In this document: in pieces, positions 1 through 8,465 of the stretch | How the letters are laid out: each line of letters starts with the position of its first letter | Numbering within the stretch: position 1 is the stretch's first letter | From: an uncultured Phycisphaera sp. | GTDB taxonomy: Bacteria > Planctomycetota > Phycisphaerae > Phycisphaerales > Phycisphaeraceae | Direction of reading: 5' to 3' | Assembly (NCBI GenBank): GCA_964409095.1 | Contig: CAYPCC010000005.1 | Location: 1 to 38,446, forward strand | DNA length: 38,446 nucleotides | Notes under the pieces: generated by a model | Told to the model about the DNA's origin: nothing | What the model saw: only the letters and a program-made list of their open reading frames with translations | The model's database searches: none | Made by a program: the position numbers and the translations under genes

Positions 1-188
1 AGATCATCAAACTCCGCTACGGCATCGGCGACGGCTACACCTACACCCTCGAAGAAGTCGGCCGCATCTTCAAAGTCACCCGCGAACGCGTCCGCCAAGT
101 CGAAGCCAAAGCCATCCGCAAACTCCAACACCCGGTGCGCAGCCGCAAACTCGTCGGCTTCGTCGACGGCGACGACGAGTTTGATTGA
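1..188 (+). CDS. rpoD: RpoD/SigA-type sigma-70 factor, C-terminal region 4 (5'-truncated by the window)
   Basis: Translation from base 3: [50 protein letters not shown]...EFD*, which carries the region 4.2 HTH motif [16 protein letters not shown]. It could be a group-2 paralog. Confidence 0.85.
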   Translation, partial: IIKLRYGIGDGYTYTLEEVGRIFKVTRERVRQVEAKAIRKLQHPVRSRKLVGFVDGDDEFD

Positions 189-228
189 TTTCCCCGCCCC
201 AGCCCTCGGAGGCATACATCAAAACCCC

Positions 229-261
229 AAAGCCGACGGATGGCCATCCGTCGGCTTTTTT
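229..261 (+). terminator. Intrinsic terminator after the sigma factor gene
   Basis: Perfect 30-bp palindrome AAAGCCGACGGATGGCCATCCGTCGGCTTT (229-258) ending in a T6 run, 40 nt after the stop codon. Confidence 0.8.
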
Positions 262-303
262 CTGCGCCCACGCGGCGCACCGTCCTCCCGTAGAATCCCG
301 CCC

Positions 304-3300
304 ATGCCCGACACCTTCACCACCCTCACCGAACCCGAGTTCGACCAACGCATCATCGAGAACAAAGCCGGCGTCCGCGTCAGCGTCCTCGCCAACGGCT
401 GCCTCCAGTGGATCACCGTCGGCCCGACCATGATCAACCTCTTCGTCGGCCACCCCCTCGGCGGCGGACCGATGCGACTGCTCATCCGTAAACACAACGG
501 CGACACCGTCACCCACACCCAGGCCGTCGGCCCCGAAAGCACCGCCGACGTCGCAGCCAGCGACCACGCCATTCGCTGGTCGGGCAAATGGAACTCGCTT
601 GGCTACACCGTCGAGTTGATCCTGCACGCCACCAAACCCGCGTGGGCCTGGCGGGTCACGCTCGATCCCGACGGGAACCAGACCGCCGCCGGCACCTACG
701 ACGCGATCCTCATCCAAGACGTCGGCCTCGCCGACCGCGGCCAAATCCAAAACAACGAAGCCTACACCAGCCAATACCTTGATCACCAAATCTTCAACCA
801 CGCCACCCTCGGCCCCGTCATCGCCACCCGCCAAAACCTCGCCCAACACGGCACCCAACACCCCCAACTCCTCACCGCCTGCACCACCGGCGCCGCCGGC
901 GCCCTCACTGACGCCTTCGACTTCTTCGGCCCCGCAACCCGCGCCGGCCACGATCCGCTCCACGCCGCCACGCCCACCCTCCCGACGCGCAACCGGCAGT
1001 ACGAATTTTCTTGCCACGTCTCGCAATCGCAGCCGATCGAGTTGATGGCGAGCGATTCTCAAAGCCTGACTTTTGTGATGTCGTTTCAAGCCGACCGCCC
1101 CGCGGCGAGCGCGGCCGAGGATATACAGTCCTTGGAAAAACTTGGCGGTTCAGAAACCTGGGCCGCCGCGATCACGCAACGATATGAATCGTTCGGCAAA
1201 CGCGCCGCAGGCGAGGTCGATGTGGAACTGCTCAACGGCGAACCGCTTGATGAGCAGCAGATGTCCGAATGTTTTGGCCTGGCCGTGTCGTGGCGGCAGG
1301 CTGAATATCTTGACGGTCAAATCGCATCGTTCTTCACCGAAGATCGAACGCACGTGGTTTTTTTGACCAAAGAACTTCAGGTTGATCGCCGCCACGCTCA
1401 CCTCTATCGCTCCGGCTGGGATGCCCTGCCCGGCGGCGAGATGATGTGCAGCACCGCGTATGCGTCGGGGATCTTTGCGTCGCATGTATGTTTGGGCAAT
1501 ACCAGCTTCAACAAACTGCTGAGCGTGAGCCGTGACCCACTCAACCTTGCGCGGTACTCGGGGCTGCGTTTATTTGTCCGGCTGGACGGTGAATCCCGAT
1601 GGCGTCAACTCGGCTGCGCTTCGGCGTTTTCGATGACGCCCAACGGGTGCGAGTGGACTTACCGGCTGCCGGGCGGGCGATTGCTGTGGGTATTTGCCCA
1701 TGAAGAAACAAGCAATTACGCCAAGTTGGGTTTCGATGTGCGGCCGGATCGGGGGACGCCGATGGACCTTCGGATGACGGCTCATCTGGTGTTGGGCGAC
1801 CGCGAACACGATCAACCGGTGCATGTAGATTTCGATGCGGCGGCGGGCGTCGTGGAATGTCGCGCGACCACGGGCCTCTTGGCCGACCGCTATCCCGAAG
1901 CGAAGTGGTCGATCCGTTTTACGCAGCCGTTGAACGAAATCGGAGGCGATGAGTTACTTCTTGATGATGGGGAACGCCGAGGTTGGCCTTGGCTGGTGGC
2001 CGAGGCATATCAAACGATGGGTATGAGTTGGGAGATCGTTGGCGAACTTGGAGAGGTGGCGGGTGGTGCAAGAGATTTGCCAGACCGCGGACTGCTTAAT
2101 CCCGATGAAGCATCGGTCGTGTTGCAAGATTCCGTTTCTGGCGGAGCGGCATGTCTCAACGAAGCCCTGCCGTGGTTCGATCACAACGCGTCGATCCACC
2201 TCACGGCTCCGCACGGGATCGAGCAGTACGGCGGGGCGGCGTGGGGGGTACGGGATGTGTGTCAGGGGCCCGTCGAATGGTTGCTGGCGCGCGGCGAAAC
2301 CGCCACGGTGGCGCGGATTATCGAGGACGTGTTTTCGCATCAGTACGACCCGGCGAGCGACGCGGAGAATGCGGGTGCGTGGCCGCAGTGGTACATGCAT
2401 CCGCCGTTTGAAAATATCCAGGCGCCGCACAGCCACGGGGATGTGGCGGTGTGGCCGATCATCGCCACGGTGAATTATTTGAGCGCCACCGGCGATGTCG
2501 CGCTGCTCGACCGTGTGGTGCCGTACACCCAACCCGAGGCCCCGTTCGCAGCGACCGAGCGCACCGCGACGATCCGCGAACACCTCCAAGCGGGTATCGA
2601 CAAACTGATCGAAAAGTTTGTGCCCGGGACATCATTGCTCGCCTACGGCGACGGCGACTGGAACGACTCGCTCCAACCCGCCCAGCCCGCCATGCGCGAT
2701 TCGATGGTCAGCACGTGGACGGTCGAATTGTTTTATCAAGCGCTACGGGGGTGGGCGCAAGCGCTAAGAGCACGCGGCGAGGACGCCGCGGCTGATAGGC
2801 ACAACGCCACGGCCGACGCGATCCGCGATGACTTTAATCATCGCCTCGTACTCGATGGCGAAACCGTAGGGTTGTATCTGCATCACGACGACCCCGCCCA
2901 GGTCAAGGTGCTGCTGCACCCTCGAGACACCGACACCGGCGTGAAGCACCGCTTGCTCCCGATGATCCGCGGGATCATCTCGGGGATTTTCACGCCTGAG
3001 CAAGCTCGGCATCACGCGAAACTCATTGATACGCACCTGCTGGCGCCCGACGGCGCTCGGCTGATGGACCGGCCCCCGAAGTACACCGGCGGAACGATGA
3101 CGCATTTCCAGCGGCTCGAATCTGCATCCTTCTTCGGCCGGGAGATCGGGCTGATGTACACCCACGCCCACCTGCGCTACGCCGAGGCGATGGCCAAGCT
3201 CGGCGAGGCCAAAAAATTGTTCCAAGCCCTGCTCACGATCTGCCCGGTCGGCCTCCAACACGCGGTGCCCAACGCCAACCCCCGGCAAGCCAACTGCTAT

Positions 3301-3735
3301 TTCAGCAGCAGCGACGCGGCGTTTGTGAACCGCGCCGATTCCGAAGCGCGGTATGAGGATTTGATGCGCGGGGACGTGCCGGTGAACGGCGGGTGGCGGG
3401 TGTATTCGAGCGGGCCCGGCATCGTGATCGGGCTGATCGTGCGCCAGTGGTTGGGCTTGCGTCGTGAATACGATCGGCTGGTGTTCGATCCGGTGCTGAC
3501 CGCCGAACACGACGGCCTAGTCGCCACGGTGTCGCTGTTGGGTGAGTCGTGCACGGTGACATATCACGTCTCGGGCGAGGGCGGCGGGGTTGAGCGGGTT
3601 ATGCTCGACGGCGAAGTGGTGGAGCCGATCGGGCGCGACGACAATCCTTACCGCGTGGGCGGGTTGTGCGTGGAAGCGAAAGCCTTCGGCGAACGGTTAG
3701 TAGGTTCGTCGAAGCGGATTGAGGTGTGGTGCTGA
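304..3735 (+). CDS. GH94 glycoside phosphorylase, most like 1,2-beta-oligoglucan phosphorylase
   Basis: About 1143 aa. Motifs NEAYTSQYLDH, PHGIEQYGGAAWGVRDVCQGP, SHGDVAVWP, YGDGDWNDSLQPA (catalytic Asp region) and GGWRVYSSGPG. Start moved to ATG304 because the upstream part of the ORF runs through the terminator. Confidence 0.85.
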   Translation: MPDTFTTLTEPEFDQRIIENKAGVRVSVLANGCLQWITVGPTMINLFVGHPLGGGPMRLLIRKHNGDTVTHTQAVGPESTADVAASDHAIRWSGKWNSLGYTVELILHATKPAWAWRVTLDPDGNQTAAGTYDAILIQDVGLADRGQIQNNEAYTSQYLDHQIFNHATLGPVIATRQNLAQHGTQHPQLLTACTTGAAGALTDAFDFFGPATRAGHDPLHAATPTLPTRNRQYEFSCHVSQSQPIELMASDSQSLTFVMSFQADRPAASAAEDIQSLEKLGGSETWAAAITQRYESFGKRAAGEVDVELLNGEPLDEQQMSECFGLAVSWRQAEYLDGQIASFFTEDRTHVVFLTKELQVDRRHAHLYRSGWDALPGGEMMCSTAYASGIFASHVCLGNTSFNKLLSVSRDPLNLARYSGLRLFVRLDGESRWRQLGCASAFSMTPNGCEWTYRLPGGRLLWVFAHEETSNYAKLGFDVRPDRGTPMDLRMTAHLVLGDREHDQPVHVDFDAAAGVVECRATTGLLADRYPEAKWSIRFTQPLNEIGGDELLLDDGERRGWPWLVAEAYQTMGMSWEIVGELGEVAGGARDLPDRGLLNPDEASVVLQDSVSGGAACLNEALPWFDHNASIHLTAPHGIEQYGGAAWGVRDVCQGPVEWLLARGETATVARIIEDVFSHQYDPASDAENAGAWPQWYMHPPFENIQAPHSHGDVAVWPIIATVNYLSATGDVALLDRVVPYTQPEAPFAATERTATIREHLQAGIDKLIEKFVPGTSLLAYGDGDWNDSLQPAQPAMRDSMVSTWTVELFYQALRGWAQALRARGEDAAADRHNATADAIRDDFNHRLVLDGETVGLYLHHDDPAQVKVLLHPRDTDTGVKHRLLPMIRGIISGIFTPEQARHHAKLIDTHLLAPDGARLMDRPPKYTGGTMTHFQRLESASFFGREIGLMYTHAHLRYAEAMAKLGEAKKLFQALLTICPVGLQHAVPNANPRQANCYFSSSDAAFVNRADSEARYEDLMRGDVPVNGGWRVYSSGPGIVIGLIVRQWLGLRREYDRLVFDPVLTAEHDGLVATVSLLGESCTVTYHVSGEGGGVERVMLDGEVVEPIGRDDNPYRVGGLCVEAKAFGERLVGSSKRIEVWC

Positions 3736-3754
3736 GATGGTTTTGACGTGTTTT

Positions 3755-3820
3755 CGTAGGTTATGCTTCAGCATAACGCGGGGTTATTCACAGCCGCGTT
3801 ATGGTGAAGCATAACTTACG
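3755..3820. repeat. REPIN-like doublet of GTAG-type REP palindromes
   Basis: CGTAGGTTATGCTTCAGCATAACGCGG (3755-3781) and an inverted copy at 3794-3820 with 25/27 identity. The unit is GTAG plus the GTTATGC-TTCA-GCATAAC hairpin. It lies between convergent genes. Confidence 0.75.
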
Positions 3821-3838
3821 TTGTTGCGTTTTTACGTT

Positions 3839-4852
3839 TTACGCGGCGTGGCGTTGGTCGGTGGGGCCTTGGTCGGTATCGAAGAGCTTTTGTTTCGCGG
3901 CGGCTTGATCTCGGCCGAGGTTTTGCAGCAGCTTGCGGCGGTAGTCGCTGCTGGCGAGCCAGTGCGGGCGTTTGAGCAGTTGGTTCCACAGCAGGCGGCG
4001 GCTGGCGTCTTCGTGGATTTCCATCTCGGCGGCGGCGTAGAGGCGGCGGGCCTCGTCGCAGCTGCGCCACAGGAGGTAGCGGTGGGTCGGGGCGAGGTGG
4101 GTGGAGTAGCGTTCGGCGGCGTCGATGAACTCGGGGCCACACGACAGCGCGTGGGTCGCGCTGAGGCTTTGGTCGTGGTCGCGGATGGCGGCGACGGCGG
4201 CGCGGGCGACGGCGGGCTTGAGGTTCGCGGCGTAGAGCCGGGCGTGCATCTCGTGGGCGTAGGCGAGTTTGAGTTGGCTATCGAAGCCGCCCATGGCTTT
4301 GAGCAGGTCGGTGCGGTAGAACACGGCACTGCGGGCGAGCGGGCCGGCGTCTTGCATGAGAAACGAGGAGAGGGTGCGCGGCGGGTCGGCGGGGAGATCG
4401 CCGAGGTGGTCGTCGAGTTCATCGACGCGGATGGCTTGGCCGACCATCCAGTCGGCCCCGTCGTTCGCATCGGCCTTGTTCCCGGCCGTGGGGCCTTGCA
4501 AGCTGTCGCCGTCGACATCGCCCATGGTTTGGGCGGCTTCGTGGAGGGCGTAGGGCAGGTAGGCGTCGTCGGCGTCGAGGATGCCGACGATCTGGCCGGT
4601 GGCCCAGGTCAGGGCGGTGTTGACGGCCTCAGCGGGGCCGGAGTCCCAGGTGCTTTGCCAGTGATCGATGTCGCGGTCGTAGGTGCGGATGATCTCGACG
4701 CTCTGGTCGGACGATCCGCCGTCCATGATGATGAGTTCGAGGTTCTCGTAGCCCTGATCGAGGACCGAGCAGATGGCCCGCTCGAGGTAAAGATCTTGGT
4801 CGAGGTTGGGGATGATGACGGTGATGCGGGGCAGCGGGTTCGGTCGGCTCAT
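3839..4852 (-). CDS. Glycosyltransferase family 2
   Basis: ITVIIPNLDQ..YLERAICSVLDQGYENLELIIMDGGSSD and the DxD motif ILDADD. Confidence 0.9.
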   Translation of the reverse strand: MSRPNPLPRITVIIPNLDQDLYLERAICSVLDQGYENLELIIMDGGSSDQSVEIIRTYDRDIDHWQSTWDSGPAEAVNTALTWATGQIVGILDADDAYLPYALHEAAQTMGDVDGDSLQGPTAGNKADANDGADWMVGQAIRVDELDDHLGDLPADPPRTLSSFLMQDAGPLARSAVFYRTDLLKAMGGFDSQLKLAYAHEMHARLYAANLKPAVARAAVAAIRDHDQSLSATHALSCGPEFIDAAERYSTHLAPTHRYLLWRSCDEARRLYAAAEMEIHEDASRRLLWNQLLKRPHWLASSDYRRKLLQNLGRDQAAAKQKLFDTDQGPTDQRHAA

Positions 4853-5058
4853 CGCGGGGGGTTCCCAAGTGGATCGTCGGCCGGTGATGCAAAGGGCATA
4901 ACCGTTACAGTCCGTATCGTCGCGTGCGCCCGTCGTCTTGATCGGGTTGGCGTGGGTTGGTTTTCGGACAGGCCACGATTGGCTGAGCGTGGCGGCTGCG
5001 GGTTATTCTCGGACCGCGTGCGTCTTGGGTTGATCGGGTGATCGGCGAGCTACGGGAT

Positions 5059-6879
5059 TCAGATCGGTCGACCACTGGTGGCGAGGTTTCTGAGGCGTTC
5101 GTCCTGCACGCTGGCGGCGAAGTCTTTCGCTTCGTCGCCCGACGGGGGGCGAGGCGACTCCGCAAGCGCAGCGGCGGCGAGGGCGGGGTGGATCGCGTCT
5201 TTGAGCGAGATCTCGCCCGAGCCCATCACCGGACCCGCCGACGGGGTTGAGGCGGGGCGGAACGAGGCTTCGGACGCCAACGGCGAGCCGGTTCTCATGC
5301 TCTGCACTTCGTCGAGTTTTTGAGCTTTGCGAATCTTGGCCTTCTTGGGTTTTTTCACCCGCAGCGGGCCGGGGGCGAAGATCGCGGTGATCATCAGGGC
5401 TTGCAGGCCGATGAGCGGCAGCCGCAGCGTTTCGCTCGGCCCGCTGGTCGCCAGGATCAGGAAGAAGCCCATCACGATCACCATCAGCATCAGCCCCGCC
5501 CAACGGCGACGCCAAAGCATCAGCGTCGCGCCGAGCGTCATGCCCGCCACCATCGCTGCATTGAGCGCGACCCAAGCGTTGACGACCCATTCGGTCGCGG
5601 CGTCGGGAGTCGTGGCCGAGGCAACGTCTTCGCCCATGAGCTGCGCGGCATAGCCCGCGGGGGTGTACTCGATGCCCAGCCGGGCGTAGGCCTGGTCCAG
5701 CGAGTGGTCGAGGGCGAACTTGAGGGCGGTGGCTTGCACGGCCCGGCCGAGGGTGGCGGTGAATTGGCCGGAGAGTTGATCCTTGCCGAAGTGATCCAGC
5801 AGCACGAGGGTGTGGGTCTGGGCGTGTTCGGGAGCGGTGGCGTATTGTTTGAACGCCTCCATTTTTTCGCGGTTGCTGTCGAGGTTGTATGGCCCGAGCG
5901 CCGGGTCCTGGGCCGCGGCGAGCGTGCCGAACAGCCGATCCATCGCGGGCCGGGCGCTGAGGGTCGGGCCGTAGCCCATGTCGTCGTTGTGCATCATCCA
6001 TGCGCCGACGGGCAGCGCGGTGCCGGCCATGAGCACGACCGCGAGGCCCACGGCTTTGATGCGGCGTTCGCTGATAATCATCCACGCGGCCAGCAACGGC
6101 GAGAGCCACGCGAGCATCGGCGTAAACAACGCGGCGCTGCCCAGTGCGAGGCCGCCGCCGATCGCGCTACGGAAGCCGCGCTGTTCGGCATGAGCCACGC
6201 CGAACAAACCCAGAAGCACCAGCAAGACCACGATCGCGTCCGCGGCGAGCGTCGCGGGTGAGAGGATCAAGGCCGGGTGCAGCGCGACCGCCGCCGCCGC
6301 GAGAGCCGACGGCATCTTCCGGCCGATCAGCGCCAAGCCCACGCGATACACCACCGGCACGCAGGCCGCGCCGATGACGCACTGAATCATCAGCAACCAC
6401 ACCCACGACAACCCCGTGAGGTTCATCACCCAGAGCACCGCGGGATAGCCCGGCGAGGCGTAGAACTCGGGGTGGAGGGTGGTCCCTTCGATGGTGGCCA
6501 GATCGCCGCGCTGCGCACGCAGAGCCTCGAGCTCGGCGGTCAGGGTTTGGGCGGGCTGGGCTTCGAGGCCAAAGACCCCGTCGGCCGCGAAGTTCTCGGC
6601 GAGCTGCGCATCCTGCGGCGTCATCGCCGTGTAGGCGTTGTCGAGGTCGAACATCGGTCCCATGAGGACGACCAACACGCGAAGGACCAAGGCGATGCCC
6701 AAGATCAGACCGATGTACAGAGCATAAGACTCTTTGTCGTCGGCGGGCATGTTAGCGCTGCGGAGCTTGGCGGTCGCGGCATGGCTGTCTTTGCTGTTCC
6801 ACTGGAGGCCGGGCACGCCGCGGGCGAGGTCGGGCGAGTTGTCGGTTTCGTCGAGGTAGCTGGGGGGACGTAGGGCCAC
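5059..6879 (-). CDS. Polytopic membrane protein, GT-C-like (ArnT/PMT-like)
   Basis: About 10 or more hydrophobic helices, a GT-C-like SPGYPAVL motif after a periplasmic loop, and a low-complexity C-terminal tail. Start is GTG6879 (GGAGA upstream) or ATG6750. Confidence 0.65.
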   Translation of the reverse strand: MALRPPSYLDETDNSPDLARGVPGLQWNSKDSHAATAKLRSANMPADDKESYALYIGLILGIALVLRVLVVLMGPMFDLDNAYTAMTPQDAQLAENFAADGVFGLEAQPAQTLTAELEALRAQRGDLATIEGTTLHPEFYASPGYPAVLWVMNLTGLSWVWLLMIQCVIGAACVPVVYRVGLALIGRKMPSALAAAAVALHPALILSPATLAADAIVVLLVLLGLFGVAHAEQRGFRSAIGGGLALGSAALFTPMLAWLSPLLAAWMIISERRIKAVGLAVVLMAGTALPVGAWMMHNDDMGYGPTLSARPAMDRLFGTLAAAQDPALGPYNLDSNREKMEAFKQYATAPEHAQTHTLVLLDHFGKDQLSGQFTATLGRAVQATALKFALDHSLDQAYARLGIEYTPAGYAAQLMGEDVASATTPDAATEWVVNAWVALNAAMVAGMTLGATLMLWRRRWAGLMLMVIVMGFFLILATSGPSETLRLPLIGLQALMITAIFAPGPLRVKKPKKAKIRKAQKLDEVQSMRTGSPLASEASFRPASTPSAGPVMGSGEISLKDAIHPALAAAALAESPRPPSGDEAKDFAASVQDERLRNLATSGRPI

Positions 6880-7142
6880 GGGCGTTCTCCGGGGAGGTTT
6901 CCATCGGCGGACACAATGGGCGCGACGGGTGGGCAGATGGTGTAACCGCTGTGGACCCCATCGGAGAGTGGGTCGGGCGACTTGATCGCGGGTCGGCTGG
7001 TCAACCCGTGGGCCGGGGAGGGTTGTAGGGATTGGCGCGGCGGTGCGGGAGGGCTTGGCGGAGGTGGACTGAATCAACCGGATCCCGTCGTCGTAACGTG
7101 ACGGGTTCCCGAGCCACAGCGGACGATTTGCCGAGGGCGGGG

Positions 7143-8279
7143 TCACTGCACGGGGAAGGTGTAGTAGGGGTCCTTGCCGTGGGGGATGGGGGGGACGGTT
7201 TGGGTGGGGTCGGGGGCGAGGGTGTGGGGGTTGAGGGAGGCGTCGCCGAAGGCGTTGTTTTGCTGGGTGACTTGGGTGAAGCCTTCGCCGTTCCAGTAAG
7301 GGTTTGATCGGCCTTCGGCGTTGATCCACTGGACGCGGTTGTCGGCGACGGTGATGTCGCCGGGGGGGGCGTCGTATTGGTTCCAGGTGTAGAGGCCGAC
7401 GTTGGCGACGTTGGATTTGGTGCCGACGATGGTATTGCCCACGACGCGGATGTCGCCGCCGCCGGCGACGCCGATGCCGACTTGTCCGGGGTTGACGAGG
7501 GTGTTGTGGGCGCAGACTTGGTGTTGCCCGCCGCCGTCGCCGAGCATGATGCCCGAGCCGGAACGGGAGAGGTCTTGGCTGCCGCGTTCGGGGTCGCCGG
7601 CGAGGTGGTTGTGTTCGACACGGATGGGCGAGTCGGGGGTGCCGACGGATTGGAAGAGGTTGATCATGTCTTCGGGGGTGGATCGGCCGTGGCGGTTGAT
7701 GGCGATGTTGCCGAGGATGAGGTTGTCGGGGCCGGTGACTTTGTCGAACTGCACGAGTTGTCCGCGGGGCATGGGGCCTTGGACGTCGTAGCAGAGGTTG
7801 CCGACGACCTGGACGGCGGTGGACTGGTGGGCGTAGACGCCGGTGGCGACGTTTTCGATGAGGTTGCCCTGCACGACGACATCGTGGCAGCCGTCGAGGC
7901 TGACCGCGTTGTTCTTGCTGTTGCGGATGCGGGAGTTGTAGATGCGCAGGTTGGTGACGCCCGCGGCACGGATGGAGCGGAGGTCGCAGGTGATGATGGT
8001 GATGTCGGTGCAGTTTTCGAGGAGGATCGAGACGTCGTCTTCGATGGACAACTCACGGATCGTGATGCCGGTGCGATCACGCAGGACGATCGCGGGGTTG
8101 GGGGCGGGGGTGATGGAGCGGATGACCTGCCCGGCGGGGCGGAGGGCCTCGGCGGGGCTGACGGCGGCGAGCGGGTCGCTTTGGCCGGCCGCGAAGGGAA
8201 CGATGCCCACGGCGAACGCCAGCAGGACGATGCGCGTGATGACGGGGCTCGGGAGGGTGTGGTGGTGGAGGAATGTCAT
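7143..8279 (-). CDS. Secreted right-handed parallel beta-helix (pectin lyase-fold) protein
   Basis: Signal-like segment RIVLLAFAVGIVPFAAG followed by repeated beta-helix rungs (VVVQGNLIEN, VQVVGNLCYD, IRVEHNHL, IRVVGNTI). Start placed at ATG8279. Confidence 0.8.
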   Translation of the reverse strand: MTFLHHHTLPSPVITRIVLLAFAVGIVPFAAGQSDPLAAVSPAEALRPAGQVIRSITPAPNPAIVLRDRTGITIRELSIEDDVSILLENCTDITIITCDLRSIRAAGVTNLRIYNSRIRNSKNNAVSLDGCHDVVVQGNLIENVATGVYAHQSTAVQVVGNLCYDVQGPMPRGQLVQFDKVTGPDNLILGNIAINRHGRSTPEDMINLFQSVGTPDSPIRVEHNHLAGDPERGSQDLSRSGSGIMLGDGGGQHQVCAHNTLVNPGQVGIGVAGGGDIRVVGNTIVGTKSNVANVGLYTWNQYDAPPGDITVADNRVQWINAEGRSNPYWNGEGFTQVTQQNNAFGDASLNPHTLAPDPTQTVPPIPHGKDPYYTFPVQ

Positions 8280-8407
8280 GTTGGCGGACCTTGGCGCGTT
8301 GGGCAACGGAATCGGCGATGCGGGCCGTACATTGGGCTGAATTGTCCGATGATTCGGGCCAGCGAGCAAAGGGATTTCGAGTTTTTTCTCCCGAAAGCGC
8401 AGGAAGT

Positions 8408-8436
8408 CTTGCGAACGCCGGGTTTTGGGTAAAACT
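8408..8436 (+). promoter_or_regulatory. Putative promoter with CTTGCGAACG motif
   Basis: CTTGCGAACG-N7-TTGGGTAAAACT, about 30 nt upstream of GTG8466. It resembles the element at 28876-28904. Confidence 0.35.
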
Positions 8437-8465
8437 ACCCGACGGGAAACCCAGAGAGCCCATGC

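Noticed and set aside
181-303. N-terminal 41-aa extension of the GH94 ORF
   Set aside because: It overlaps the sigma-factor stop codon and terminator. ATG304 is more plausible.
6880-7329. Upstream extension of the 756-aa ORF
   Set aside because: The Arg/Pro-rich translation overlaps the beta-helix gene, and the RBS supports GTG6879.
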